Assembly (NCBI RefSeq): GCF_000143415.4
Contig: NW_003314291.1
Location: 1,716,517 to 1,780,516 of the forward strand
Source: Selaginella moellendorffii
Lineage: Eukaryota > Plantae > Lycopodiophyta
Reading direction: 5' to 3'
Length of the DNA stretch: 64,000 nucleotides
This document shows positions 1-11,760 of this stretch, in pieces. A model generated the notes under the pieces. That model had not been told where the DNA came from. It worked only from the letters and a program-made list of their open reading frames with translations, and ran no database searches. Numbering within the stretch: the stretch's first letter is position 1; every line of letters begins with the position of its first letter. The position numbers were made by a program, and so were the translations under genes.

Positions 1-2741
1 CGCACCAAAATGTTCAAGTTAGATATGCCAAGCCACACTAAGCAATCTCACTGTGCATCACGACTCCAGGGCATCCCTCACTTAGCGGTGTGCCCAAGCT
101 AGTCTCTTTACTGAGAGTCTATAACCACCGAAAAATGAGTGTCCTCATATTCCAAACCATCACTACGCCCTAGTGAGTTGGGACTCGAACCCAAGCACTA
201 GAGGGTTGGGACTCGAACCCAACCTTCGTATATGCATCTACAGACATCATCACCCAAGATGCCTGGCGTGACTCCCCACACTGGTGCACCAACTTATGCT
301 CAAAGTGTGCTATAGATCACAGTTTAGGAACCTAGTTCCTCCACACTGCCAAGTCCTTTCACTCGACAAGTCTGTGATCATGTATGGACTCCTCCATGCT
401 TGGCCCCATAGGCCACCCCTATTAAAGTTAGCACCTTCAACTAGGGGGTTTGTTCCCTTGACTTGCCAATCTCGCTTCGCAAGTCATCCAACTAACATAA
501 CATGGTTTTATGCATAAGTGTGAAAGTCTTTGACAATCAACTTTCATTCAAAACCATCATTTTAAACACTCAGGGATTGCTTCCCCAACGTTGATAGCAT
601 TGCTTCATGGCAAGCTTCAAGACCACGTTTCTATTGTTCTATTCTGATTTCGCACGTTCTATGAATCATTTACCCTTGGCTTTCTAAGTACTAAGCTATT
701 TAGAATTGTCTTTGGGAACCTTGAAGGAACTTTGTCTTTTAACTTACTAAGGCCTCTCATTTCGCAAGCTTTTTAATTGCCATGCTTTAGACTCTCCCTG
801 GCATCATGGTTGCTAGTAACAACATACTTGAGCGTTCACTTGATTCTCCACTCTCAATTGACATAACCACCTCTAGTTATACTCTTCGATTCCTATGGTT
901 TGGTTTTATCCCCTTACTACTTGTTTTTAGCCTCACATCTTTCCTTTGGTTATTCTCCTCCAGACTAGGGGGATAGCTTTGCACTTTCTACCATGCCTTA
1001 GCAAATATTCTTAGGGATGAACCTACCCGATAGCTTAGGGAGTGATTCCTCAATCCGGATATACTCATCTTATAATCCCACACACCGGGATTAACATTGC
1101 TACTTATAGGCCTTTATATGCCCATCACTAGCCTTGCTAAAATTCTATTTTTGGCTTTGTTTAATTCGGGTAAACGGTCTTCTCCCATCTCTGCAACTTT
1201 GGATGTTTTGATAGCACCTTCTATCCATCATTTGCTAGGGACTTAGTCCCTTGGGCCTTATCTATTGCCCTTGCAACACTAAACACCACCTCCTAGTATT
1301 CTAGAGTGTTTGGGTGTCCTAATAATGGCCTCTTTGACAGTGAGCATTCCCTTTTATAACATTGACTTACTATATCGCAACATAAGCAATTTATCCCCTA
1401 TAAAGGTATATTTAACTTTCTTATGCCAGAAGTTTTGGGTAGCTACCTTTTACCAGTTTAATCAATTATTTTGCACCTTTTGCTTAGTTGCTTCATCGTT
1501 GTCAAGTTTTACAACTCATTGCTGGTGCTTCCACACCTCTATCATTATTTGGGTCACCACACTCCAATTGCATGCTTTCTAGCTTAAGCTATGCCATTCC
1601 CATTTCCATTAGGATTCCTTTGGGGAAGGGGTTCTCGTGAATTCGCCAACTCACCTTAAGGCATCACGCCTTGGCACATTTGGTGTTTCCACACTATTGG
1701 CTCCACGAGCCTACCTTTATGACACTTTTTACTTGTGTCTAGATCCTTGCCAAAACCAATACAATTCTTTCTCATGCCAACTATCAATTAGCACGGCACT
1801 ATAGTATTCACACACAACTCTGTGCCAAAGTTGCTTTTTTGTGGGAACACCTTTCTCACGATTTTAGTATGGCATATTCTGCCATCGATGAGATACCCAT
1901 TGTTCTCGTACTTGGATCTTATGATCCTCCCCAACCTTCGTGGGGCACAACACACCTTAATCCAAATGTTTTTTACCAATCCCTTAAGACCATTCCTTGA
2001 CTCTACTTGAGTCATCCGCATTTTTAGACTTCGCTAATCCACTAACCCGTAAGGTCCTATTTTTAAGGTTCCAACTTGCTAGAATCCAACTGTATGTATT
2101 TATGTCCTACTTATAAGGACCATTTTTGCAAGTGTTACTCCAACACTTTATTATTTTCCGTTCTTTGTGGGCTACCTTTGCCCCTTAGGACTATCCGTCC
2201 ATATGATGAGAATACCAACTCATCCTCTGAGCACACCCCTAATTCCTTGGGTTTGTTCCAGCATTTATTGAAGGTAACCCCGGCTACCATTTTAAGGACT
2301 TGTGTTCTATCTATATTTGACCTCTCACGATCATCAATTTCAATCTCCAATTCATGAGCACCAACCTCAACTATATGAGGATAATCTTGTGACTCCTATA
2401 TTGTTTTGGAGTCTCTATCTTTTCCGTGATCCCAACTATAGTTGTTTACCACAACTACATTAGCCAGTCTTGCTAAGTCAAACGCTCATCTAGATCACAT
2501 CCTCAACTCTCTAAGGAAAACCTTATATTATTCCCAAAATCCCGAAATCGTTCTATTATTAGCCCTTTTCTATCCATCGCCTCACTTACAAGTTCACACA
2601 TGAACTGTAGTGGAGAGCCATGTCTTCCCGACCTACTACTCTTCAAGGATAGGCCCACTCCTAAGACCTTCCGATGCCAACACTAGCGGTGATATACTTA
2701 AGTACCAACAAAAGTCAGACTAAGGAATAGCTTTGATACCA
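1..2741 (-). mobile_element. Degenerate internal region of an older LTR retrotransposon, ending in a tRNA-iMet PBS
   Basis: TGGTATCAAAGC on the minus strand at 2741-2730, next to an LTR-like terminus (TGT at 2745). No intact gag/pol ORF is recognisable. Confidence 0.5.
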
Positions 2742-2744
2742 AAT

Positions 2745-3815
2745 TGTAAGAAACTAAATTTTCCATTCTACTTTAGTCACTTAACCACACCTCCAATCAC
2801 TTAGAGGAGTCTCACTCCCAACCTCCATATATCCTATTTTGGACTTACGGACTTGTTAGCCCCAAGAATGGCATCCATGCCACTCAACCATTGCACTTTG
2901 TCCAAGCGCTCCACGTGTCTAATCCCATGACCAACATCCCAAGGTACCATTGACATATCCGCCCATTACATTAAGGCCATGCCTATTCACTATGGTCACA
3001 CTGGTGGTCTGACACCACCTACATCATAGTCCCGTCTCTCAAAGACTGAGTCATCCATCCATGAGTGATCACCCAGATCCACTCCTTAACATCCTTAGGA
3101 TGCCAGCAGACATGGGGAATAGCCTTCCCCAATATCCCTTTTCCGGTCCCCACCAAATCCCTTTCTGTCCATGGTCGTTTTCGCCAACATTGCCACTAAA
3201 TCAAGGCCCACAGGCCTGACCACTAAGTCCCACGGTCCTCTAGGACTTCCTCACCACACGACTGTATCTTTGGTCACTACACCAGAGGACCACTCTTCTT
3301 CCTTTCCACAATCTGGGCCTTTGGGACAACATTTTGGAACACCATGGCCCTACACAAGCGTCATGGGTACTCTCCTCGCCTTCCGCCTTTGGGTGCTCTA
3401 GCCATAGGCTAAGAGCAAGGTTTTGTTGAGCCACGCCAGGTATCCAAATAGGTAGTGCCACCCACACTTGGACTGGGAGCATCGACCATTCGATCTCCCA
3501 GGGGAACTAAAGCCGACTCTTGAACACTTCACCAAGCTACCCCGCTTATCAGTTTATATTTACTCTAGTCTTGGACTTCCCAGTGGTTAGCTCATCACCC
3601 AACACCTGGGTACAGCCTTCTTATGCCAAACTAGCTCCACTAGGCTCCAACCCCCACACTCTCCCTACTATACTTTTGGAACCCTCTGCAGCCCCCCCCC
3701 CCCCCCGTAGGGGATGATCGCTTTGGGTTTTCACCCAACTGCCTATATTAGTATTCGGACTCAGACTCGGTCTTGGTCTCGGTCTCGGACTCGGACTTGG
3801 TCCCAGTTCCATCTC
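2745..3815 (-). mobile_element. Older LTR (left part), interrupted at 3816 by a younger insertion
   Basis: Starts at TGT beside the PBS. Shares the ccctactatac..ttggaaccc..cagcccccc motif with the younger LTR. Ends in ggactc/ccatctc repeats that resume at 10028. Confidence 0.55.
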
Positions 3816-4236
3816 TGTAGCGCACGTGGTTTTTACCCTTTATCCTATAGTGATTTACCATAGGATAACACCACAAAGCAGAACCTAAACCCTCTTTGTG
3901 CCACGTGACAGATGCCACATGTCACATGCCACGTGTCCATAGGAACCCGAGGTTCAAGGCCTTGGGCCACTGAACGAAGGAACGGTGCCAAAACCCCCAA
4001 GCATGGAGCCAAGGAGTGACGAAACCGAACCACGGAGCAACTCCCAAGCATGCAACCCAAGGAGCGAAGGGACAGGAGCCCGGAGCGACTTGGAACAGTC
4101 CTAGAGTAACCAGCATCCCAATGCCAGGACCAGCACGCAAAACGGAGCCAAACGGAGTCTGGCGCTATTTCAGCATACCGGTGGCCTAACACGAGGACAT
4201 GGGTACTCCACCAACTAGCATGGAATGGAGCTTGGA
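3816..4236 (-). mobile_element. Partial LTR copy 1 (terminal ~420 bp)
   Basis: TGTAGCGCACGTGG terminus, near-identical to 4687-5110 and to 8895-~9310. Preceded by ATCTC. Confidence 0.85.
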
Positions 4237-4686
4237 GCTAATCAATAGACTAATCCCTATAGTCTTGATTAATCCACTTGTAACCATGCCTAGGAAGGAT
4301 CCACTAGTGTCGTGCTAAATAGCTATGGACCAGCCTATTTGCCACTCATAGCAAACCCAGGGAAAATTTACTTTCACCCATGGTACATGGAACAACTCAC
4401 AAAACCACTAGAACAACTCATGGAACCACCGATAGGCTAGCATTAATCCTGCCAACTCAAGTGTAACCTCGAGTTGCTAATGTGCCTCACTCACGAGCCC
4501 AAGCTCAAACTCACAAAATATGGTACAACAAGGTAACGATATCCATACCCAAGGAACCAATTGCGAAGCCTTTGCACCCAAACGTGTACCCACTCGGATC
4601 ATCGTATTCATCTCTGCGTATGCAACGAGACTAGTTGCCCAATCTCATTGGATAGTACTCGCCGAGACTCATTCTCTGATACCAAA

Positions 4687-5110
4687 TGTAGCGCACGTGG
4701 GTTTTACCCTTTATCCTATGGTGATTTACCATAGGATAACACCACAAAGCGGAACCTAAACCCTCTTTGTGCCACATGACAGATGCCACGTGTCACATGC
4801 CACGTGTCCATAGGAACCCGAGGTTCAGGGCCTTGGGCCACTGAACAAAGGAACGGTGCCAAAACCCCCAAGCATGGAGCCAAGGAGTGATGGAACCGAA
4901 CCATGGAGCAACTCCCGAGCATGCAACCCAAGGAGCGAAGGGACAGGAGCCCGGAGCGACTTGGAACAGTCCTAAAGTAACCAGCATCCCAATGCTAGGA
5001 CCAGCACGCAAAACGGAGCCAAACGGAGTCTAGCGCTATTTCAGCATACCGGTGGCCTAACGCAAGGACATGGGTACTCCACCAACTAGCATAGAATGGA
5101 GCTTGGGCTT
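4687..5110 (-). mobile_element. Partial LTR copy 2 with adjacent tRNA-iMet PBS (4684-4674)
   Basis: Direct repeat of 3816-4236. The minus strand reads ...CTACA-TT-TGGTATCAGAG. Confidence 0.85.
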
Positions 5111-6245
5111 TGTCGCGAATGTGACTTCGGGTATCGAAAGTTACCTGTCGACCAGTCCTTACGGACACTCTTACCTTACTGCCATGATGGCAGGAGGTCG
5201 GTATTGCTGGACCCTTTATCAGCCCCTCTTGTTCAAGTGTTAGTAAACTGGACTTTGCATCTGTACTTGGCCGGATGAGCATAAGGACGGAATTCCTAAG
5301 TGTCTATTCAGCCAAGCATACTTGGCCTGGCTTTTTAGTTCTCTTTTGCTCTGTCTTGCATTGGCTTGACAAGAACCCTCGCATATTGAGATTGGTCCCT
5401 CAATATCGCTACATGATAGCTTACCGTGTCTGCCAAACACCCTCGCTATCATGCCTTTAGTGTTGGTCTCATTTCGGTCCCAAATGCTATTTATGGAAAA
5501 TGTCCAGATTTGCTCATTTGGCATATCTACGGAATGTAGAGATCGTCCTGAACATAATGGTGTTCGTCCCGTGTCCAAATTCACAATCTAGGGACATTCT
5601 ATATTTAGTAAGTTTCGAGCTTGTCCCAAAGACTAACTCCTGATACTAAGGGAGGCTTGGGGTGAAAGCCCAAAGCGTGTGTTCCTCAAGGGGGGGGGCT
5701 GTGGGGGGTTCCAAATGTATAGTAGGGATAGTGGGTAGGTTGGGCATGGCCGACCAACCTGAGGCATAGTCTAGCTCCCGCTTGCGTGCCTGTCCTTGTT
5801 CTGCGTCCGGCTTGGGTCTAAGCCCAAGTTCCATTCCATGTTATCTGGTGGAGTACCCATGTCCTCGCGTTAGGCCACCAGTATGCTGAAATAGTGCCAG
5901 ACTCCGTTTTCCGTGCTGGTCCTAGCATTGGGATGCTAGTTACTCTAGGACTATTCCAAGTCGCACCGGGCTCCTGTCCCTTTGCTCCTTGGGCTATATG
6001 CTCAGGAGTTGCTCCGTGGTTCGGTTCCACCACTCTTTGGCTCCACGCTTGGGAGTTTGGCACCGTTCCTTCGTTCAGTGGCCCAAGGCCCTGAACCTCG
6101 GGTTCCTATGGACACGTAGCATAGACACATGGCATGTGACACATGGCATCTATCACATGGCACAAAGAGGGTTTAGGTTCCGCTTCGTAGTGTTATCCTA
6201 TGGTAAATCACTATAGGATAAAGGGTCAAAACCACATGCACTACA
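5111..6245 (+). mobile_element. Full-length ~1.13 kb LTR copy 3 (TG...CA), followed by a PBS
   Basis: TGTCGCGAATG...CACTACA, then TGGTATCAGAG at 6248-6258. It is the reverse complement of 8895-10027. Confidence 0.9.
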
Positions 6246-8894
6246 TTTGGTATCAGAGGATGAGTCTCAGCGAGTACTATTCAATAAGATTGGGCAACTA
6301 GTCTCGTTGCATACGCAAAGATGAAAACGATGATCCGAGTGGGTACACGTTTGGGTGCAAAGACTTCACGTTCGTTCCTTGGGAATGGATTTGGTTACCT
6401 TGTTGTACCTTATGATGTGAGCTTGCGCTTGGGCTCATAGAATGGATTGGAGATGTTTTGTTTGCACAAGTTTGAGCTTGGGCTCGTGAGTGAGGCACAT
6501 TAGCAACTCAAAGTTACACTTTGAGTTGGCAGGATTAATGTTAGCCTATCGGTGGTTCGATGAGTTGTTCCAATGGTCCCATGAGTTGTTCTATGTACCA
6601 TGGGTGAAAGTAAATTTTCCTTGGGTTTGCTATGAGTGGCAAATAGGCTGGTCCGTAGCTGTTTAGCATGGCACTAGTGGATCCTTCCTAGGCATGATTA
6701 CAAGTGGATCAAACAAGACTGTAGCGATGAGTCTCTTGATTCAACTAATCATTGCCGTGCTCTCTCGTAAATTTTTCTTGGATTGGACTGAAGGCAGTGC
6801 GAAAGTAAGCTTGAGGTTAAGTCAAAGATGAGACCGAAAAGAGAGTCGTCAGGGACGAAGGATCAAATACGTAAATCATTTTCTCTTCTAGAAAAGATGA
6901 TTCGCAACGAAGTGTGAGTCATTGCTTGTGTTCACATTATGCAATCAAGAGTCCCTACCTTGATGCATGTTGGAAATGATAGTCTTACAAATGGCAAGTT
7001 GTGGGATGGATAACGGTGAAGCGTTATACCATTTTGTCTAGGCTTGCTATTGGAAGACTTGGGTTGCAATGCTCAATTATTTTCCGGGGAATCTTGCTAT
7101 TACTCCTTGAGTAGTTTGGTGTTGAATTAGTTTTGAGTTTGGTCGGAAAGAGAGTGGCATGAGCTTATCCGTGTTGTGAACAAAAGTTAGTGGTGTTAGG
7201 TGTTATAAATCTCTATCGATGGAGTGTGGCATTTATATTGCATTTTGTCGAATCAAGTTGACACTTGATACTCACATAAACCTTTGAAGTAATGACATTG
7301 GCATTGCTCATATTGTTGCTTGATTGATGATCAAGTCATTGTGATACTTATATCATATCCATGTGATAATGAGCAATGTGTTTACGAAGTTGCTTGGTTA
7401 ACAATGATCAACCCCAAAGTGGTTGATGGAGAAGCTAGTCTACTTGCACGAAGTAGCATTGTAGTAGCTTTGACTGGATTCTCAATGATGGTCCATTATG
7501 CTAAACTTAAGTTGGTACCTTGTTTCCTTGAGGGTTTGCCCATAAGGTGTTGGAAAAGGGTTGTAGCATTCACTTGCTATAGCTTGTTGGTTTATCTGTT
7601 AGCACTTGGAGTAGATTGTTGGATGAGAAAGGTGTGTAGTTAAAGCATTGACATCGCTAGCACTTGTGTTAGTGGAAGTGGCATTGTTGTTCGAGTGATG
7701 AGGAATTTTCCTTAGAGCTTGATTTTCCATGTCATTTTTTTTGTTAGTGTTTTGGTAGTGAGTTACGTCTTGCTATAAATGGATTCATGGTGGATCGTTT
7801 TGTGATCACTTGTTGAGCATAATTTCGTTATGTTTAGCTTTTGGATTGATGCAGATATGCTCTTCATTAGCTTTGGCATTATGAAGTTTAGATTAAGGAA
7901 GTGTACCATGATTTCTTCTTTAGCATTGAACTTAGTTTATGCAAGACTTGTGATTATGTTAGGCAAGACTTGGCTATAAACTTCTTCGAGCTTTTGGTTC
8001 CTTGAGTTTTCGTACTTGTGGTCTATTTGTTAGAAGTTGTTGGGGAAGGCATTTTGGCTCATTAGCTTCGATATTGAAGTTGGCTTTTGCATTTGGCAAT
8101 CATTGGTGATGATTGACTATCATTTAAGATAGTTGATTATCCTTATCAAAGGTTTTGCTTGATTATTGTTGATATAAGATGATTTGCCGTTCTTCGGGAT
8201 GGTGGATTATTTCTTAGACGATGATTATGCGTATCTTTATTGATGGGATGATTGATGATCTTTTATGATAGGTAGTTGATCTCTTTGATGGTTTTTGGCT
8301 TTTCGCAATACCACATGTTCTTTGTGGTTTGCTTTGGATTGGTCTCTTGGGTTTGAGACATCAATAGGATGTTGCTGACATTTGCTTGAGAAACTCTAGT
8401 TCCTTTGTATTGTTGACCGGGATCTATTCATATTAGCTAGTGCGATGGTTAGCATGAATGCTATGTTTGTTGATCTTGCGATATTCATTCTGTTCTGTTG
8501 ACCATTGCTCGAGTTAGTTCTGATAGGTTGGGATGTTATTTCCTATGGGTGATACATTCGCGAGCATTGTGCTTGTTAGTCAATGATACTTTGTGTTCTT
8601 TGAGTTATCTTTCGTAAGTTGTTTGGCATTCTATCTGCGATGTTTGATAGTTAAGTTTTATCATTGAGTTTCTTTGATGATATCCTTGCTATTGAATTTT
8701 GTTGGATGGTGATTCCTATGTTTACCAATTATGATAATCTTGGTGGTTCCTATACTCTACAATATTAGTTTATCGGATGATAACTTACTTGGAATACTTT
8801 TGTGTTCTAATCTAAAATTTACTCACTGATAATTAAGTCTCTAAGATATCATTGTTTATGACTTTGATATTGTCCATCTATTGATCTTTGAGTT
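6246..8894 (+). mobile_element. Non-coding internal region of the LTR element (non-autonomous/LARD-like or decayed)
   Basis: Begins with the PBS. The first ~490 bp are the reverse complement of 4241-4686. TG-rich with no long ORF. Confidence 0.65.
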
Positions 8895-10027
8895 TGTAGC
8901 GCACGTGGTTTTGACCCTTTATCCTATGGTGATTTACCATAGGATAACACCACGAAGCGGAACCTAAACCCTCTTTGTGCCACGTGACAGATGCCACGTG
9001 TCACATGCCACGTGTCTATAGGAACCCGAGGTTCAGGGCCTTGGGCCATTGAACGAAGGAACGGTGCCAAACTCCCAAGCGTGGAGCCAAAGAGTGGTGG
9101 AACCGAACCACGGAGCAACTCCTGAGCATATAGCCCAAGGAGCAAAGGGACAGGAGCCCGGTGCGACTTGGAACAGTCCTAGAGTAACTAGCATCCCAAT
9201 GCTAGGACCAGCACGCAAAACGGAGCCAAATGGAGTCTGGCGCTATTTCAGCATACCGGTGGCCTAACGCGAGGACATGGGTACTCCACCAGCTAGCATG
9301 GAATGGAACTTGGGCTTAGACCCAAGCCGGACGCAGAACAAGGACAGGCACGCAAGTGGGAGCTAGACTATGCCTCAAGTTGGTCGGCCATGCCCGACCT
9401 ACCCACTATCCCTACTATACATTTGGAACCCCCCACAGCCCCCCCCCCTTGAGGAACACACGCTTTGGGCTTTCACCCCAAGCCTCCCTTAGTATCAAGA
9501 GTTAGTCTCTGGGACAAGCTCAAAACTTACTAAATATGGAATGTCCCTAGATTGCGAATTTGGACACGGGACGAACACCATTATGTTCAGGACGATCTCT
9601 ACATTCCGTAGATATGCCAAATGAGCAAATCTGGACACTTTCCATAAACAGCATTTGGGACCGAAATGAGACTAACACAAAGGGCATGATAGCGAGGGTG
9701 TTTGGCAGACACGGTAAGCTATCATGTAGCGATATTGAGGGACCAATCTCAATATGCGAGGGTTCTTGTCAAGCCAGTGCAAAACAGAGCAAAAGAGAAC
9801 TAACAAGCCGGGCCAAGTATGCTCAGCTAAATAGACACTTAGGAATTCCTTCCTTATGCTCATCCGGCCAAATACAGATGCAAAGTCCAGTTTACTAACA
9901 CTTGAACAAGAAGGACTGATAAAGGGTCCAGCAATACCGACCTCCTGCCATCGTGGTAGTAAGGTAAGAGTGTCCGTAAGGACTAGCCGATAGGTAACTT
10001 TCGATACCTGAAGTCACATTCGCGACA
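8895..10027 (-). mobile_element. Full-length ~1.13 kb LTR copy 4
   Basis: TGTAGCG...CGCGACA termini. Inverted copy of 5111-6245. Followed by ATCTC. Confidence 0.9.
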
Positions 10028-10255
10028 ATCTCGGACTCCATCTGGGTCCATCTCGGGTCCATCTTGGACTCCATCTCAGGTCCATCTTGAACTCCATCTC
10101 GGACTCTATCTCAGGTCCATCTCAGACTCCATCTTGGGTCCATCTTGGACTCCATCTCAAACTCCATTTCGGGTCCATCTCGAACTCCATCTCGGGTCCA
10201 TCTCAGACTCCATCTCGGGTCCATCTCAGACTCCTTCTCGGACTCCATCTCAGAC
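10028..10255. repeat. Minisatellite of alternating 11/12-bp units (ccatctcgggt / ccatctcggact)
   Basis: Roughly 20 degenerate tandem units are visible. Confidence 0.85.
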
Positions 10256-11199
10256 ACTTCCACGTGTCATGTTTTGTTCCTTTTGTGTCCCCTTTTCCAG
10301 AGACTCACTTATGGCTCATTTTGTGCTTGTTCCTCAAGCACTTTATTAGGAGTTCCACTCCCACTCTCGACTTTTCAAGTCAGAGCTTTTAGTCCAAACG
10401 TGTTATGCTCATTTGGCTTTTGCTTCGCCCACTACCACATGGCACCCTTTCGGCTCCACTTTGGGGCCTAGGGATTTTATGTCTCACACTCCATCTCCGA
10501 AGGAAATTCCATCTACTTTAGCCATCTTCCAACAATCCACTTTATTTTTCACTAAAACTAAGGAAAAACTTTGGTACCAAATTATAAATTATAAATTTTC
10601 CTTTGCCAATTTGCTAATTTACCTTGTCTATCTTACCACCTTTGCCTTGGCATTAACTAAGTTCCCTTGCTAAGGATCTCATCTATCATACCAACTCTGA
10701 CTTGGTTTTACTTAGGTTAACTATTTATTATATAAGCAAAAGGGTGTTAGTCAACTCTTCATTCCCCTTTCTATGTTAGATTGGACTTAAAGTTTGATTA
10801 CACTTCCCGCAAACACAAATAGCCAAGCACACCAAATCTCCAAGTTCCTCATGGTACACAAGGCTTATTTATAGGATATTCTAAATCCTAAGCCTTAAAT
10901 GCATCTTTTATTTAGAAATGATGGGAGAGGTAAACACTAAGTATAATGGTCTGGTATAGGTACCCTTATTCCTCCAAAGGGAATGCTCAAGCCCCTAGGA
11001 AGGAGTAAAGACTAATGAGTTGTATAATACTCAAATAGGGCATCACTCTATATGAGCTGAAAGCACTACAATTGATTTCCCTTCTGGGAGTAGGAGTTAC
11101 TCTTGTGTAGTTCTTTGGGGGCTTCTTTGGCATCCCTCGAGTCCATGCTTACTCCCACCCAAAGCTACTAACCCCTTAGTTTTAACCTCAACTTGGTTT

Positions 11200-11760
11200 G
11201 AAAATACTACTGGATAACCCACCCCCAGGGGGGATGATCACTTTGGGCTTTCACCTCATGACTTGTATTAGTATTCAAACTTAATCTCAAACTCGATTTT
11301 AGACTTGATATTAAACTTGGTCTCAAACTCAATCTCTCGGATTTTAGACTCAGTCTCGAACTTGGCTTTAGAGTTGGTCTTAGACTTGATCTTGGACTCA
11401 ATCTCATCTAATAAACTTTTTATCATTCCAGTTATATGACACCTACTTACATAGTCCCACTTTAGACACCTAAAAGTACTATTAATGTACTTGCCTTTAA
11501 CATTAAAGTTATATCCATTCTTAATATCTCATTAGTAATCCGAGATTATTTATAACTAAGCCATCCATCTATGAGTGGTCATGGGATGACCACAAGATAT
11601 AAAAGACACCATTCCTCAATATTTTTTCTTTAATCCCTATAAAGTCCTTTTCCGTCTATAACAGTGCTTGCCAACACCACCACCAATCCAAAGCCTAAAA
11701 TTCCATCCACTAAGTCAATCAATGTCTAGGACATCCTCACCATGTGACCATACCTTTGGT
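11200..11760 (-). mobile_element. Highly decayed copy of the older LTR family
   Basis: gggatgatcactttgggctttcacc...tattagtattc matches 3711-3757. 11560-11720 matches ~3045-3230 with many transitions. Confidence 0.55.

Noticed and set aside
1-2700. gag/pol assignment (Gypsy versus Copia)
   Set aside because: No RT, RNase H, integrase or protease motif could be read, so the superfamily is left uncalled.
6783-6794. TTGGACTGAAGG matching the 5' part of miR319
   Set aside because: Only 12 nt match, no star arm is visible, and it lies in retroelement internal sequence.
3845-9898. Repeated small ORFs (MRAGPSIG..., MDTGRTPLCS...)
   Set aside because: They recur only because they lie in LTR copies, and their ends vary between copies.
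10028-10255. Regular short repeats as a possible CRISPR-like array or repetitive ORF
   Set aside because: No unique spacers and a eukaryotic context; it is an LTR-internal minisatellite.
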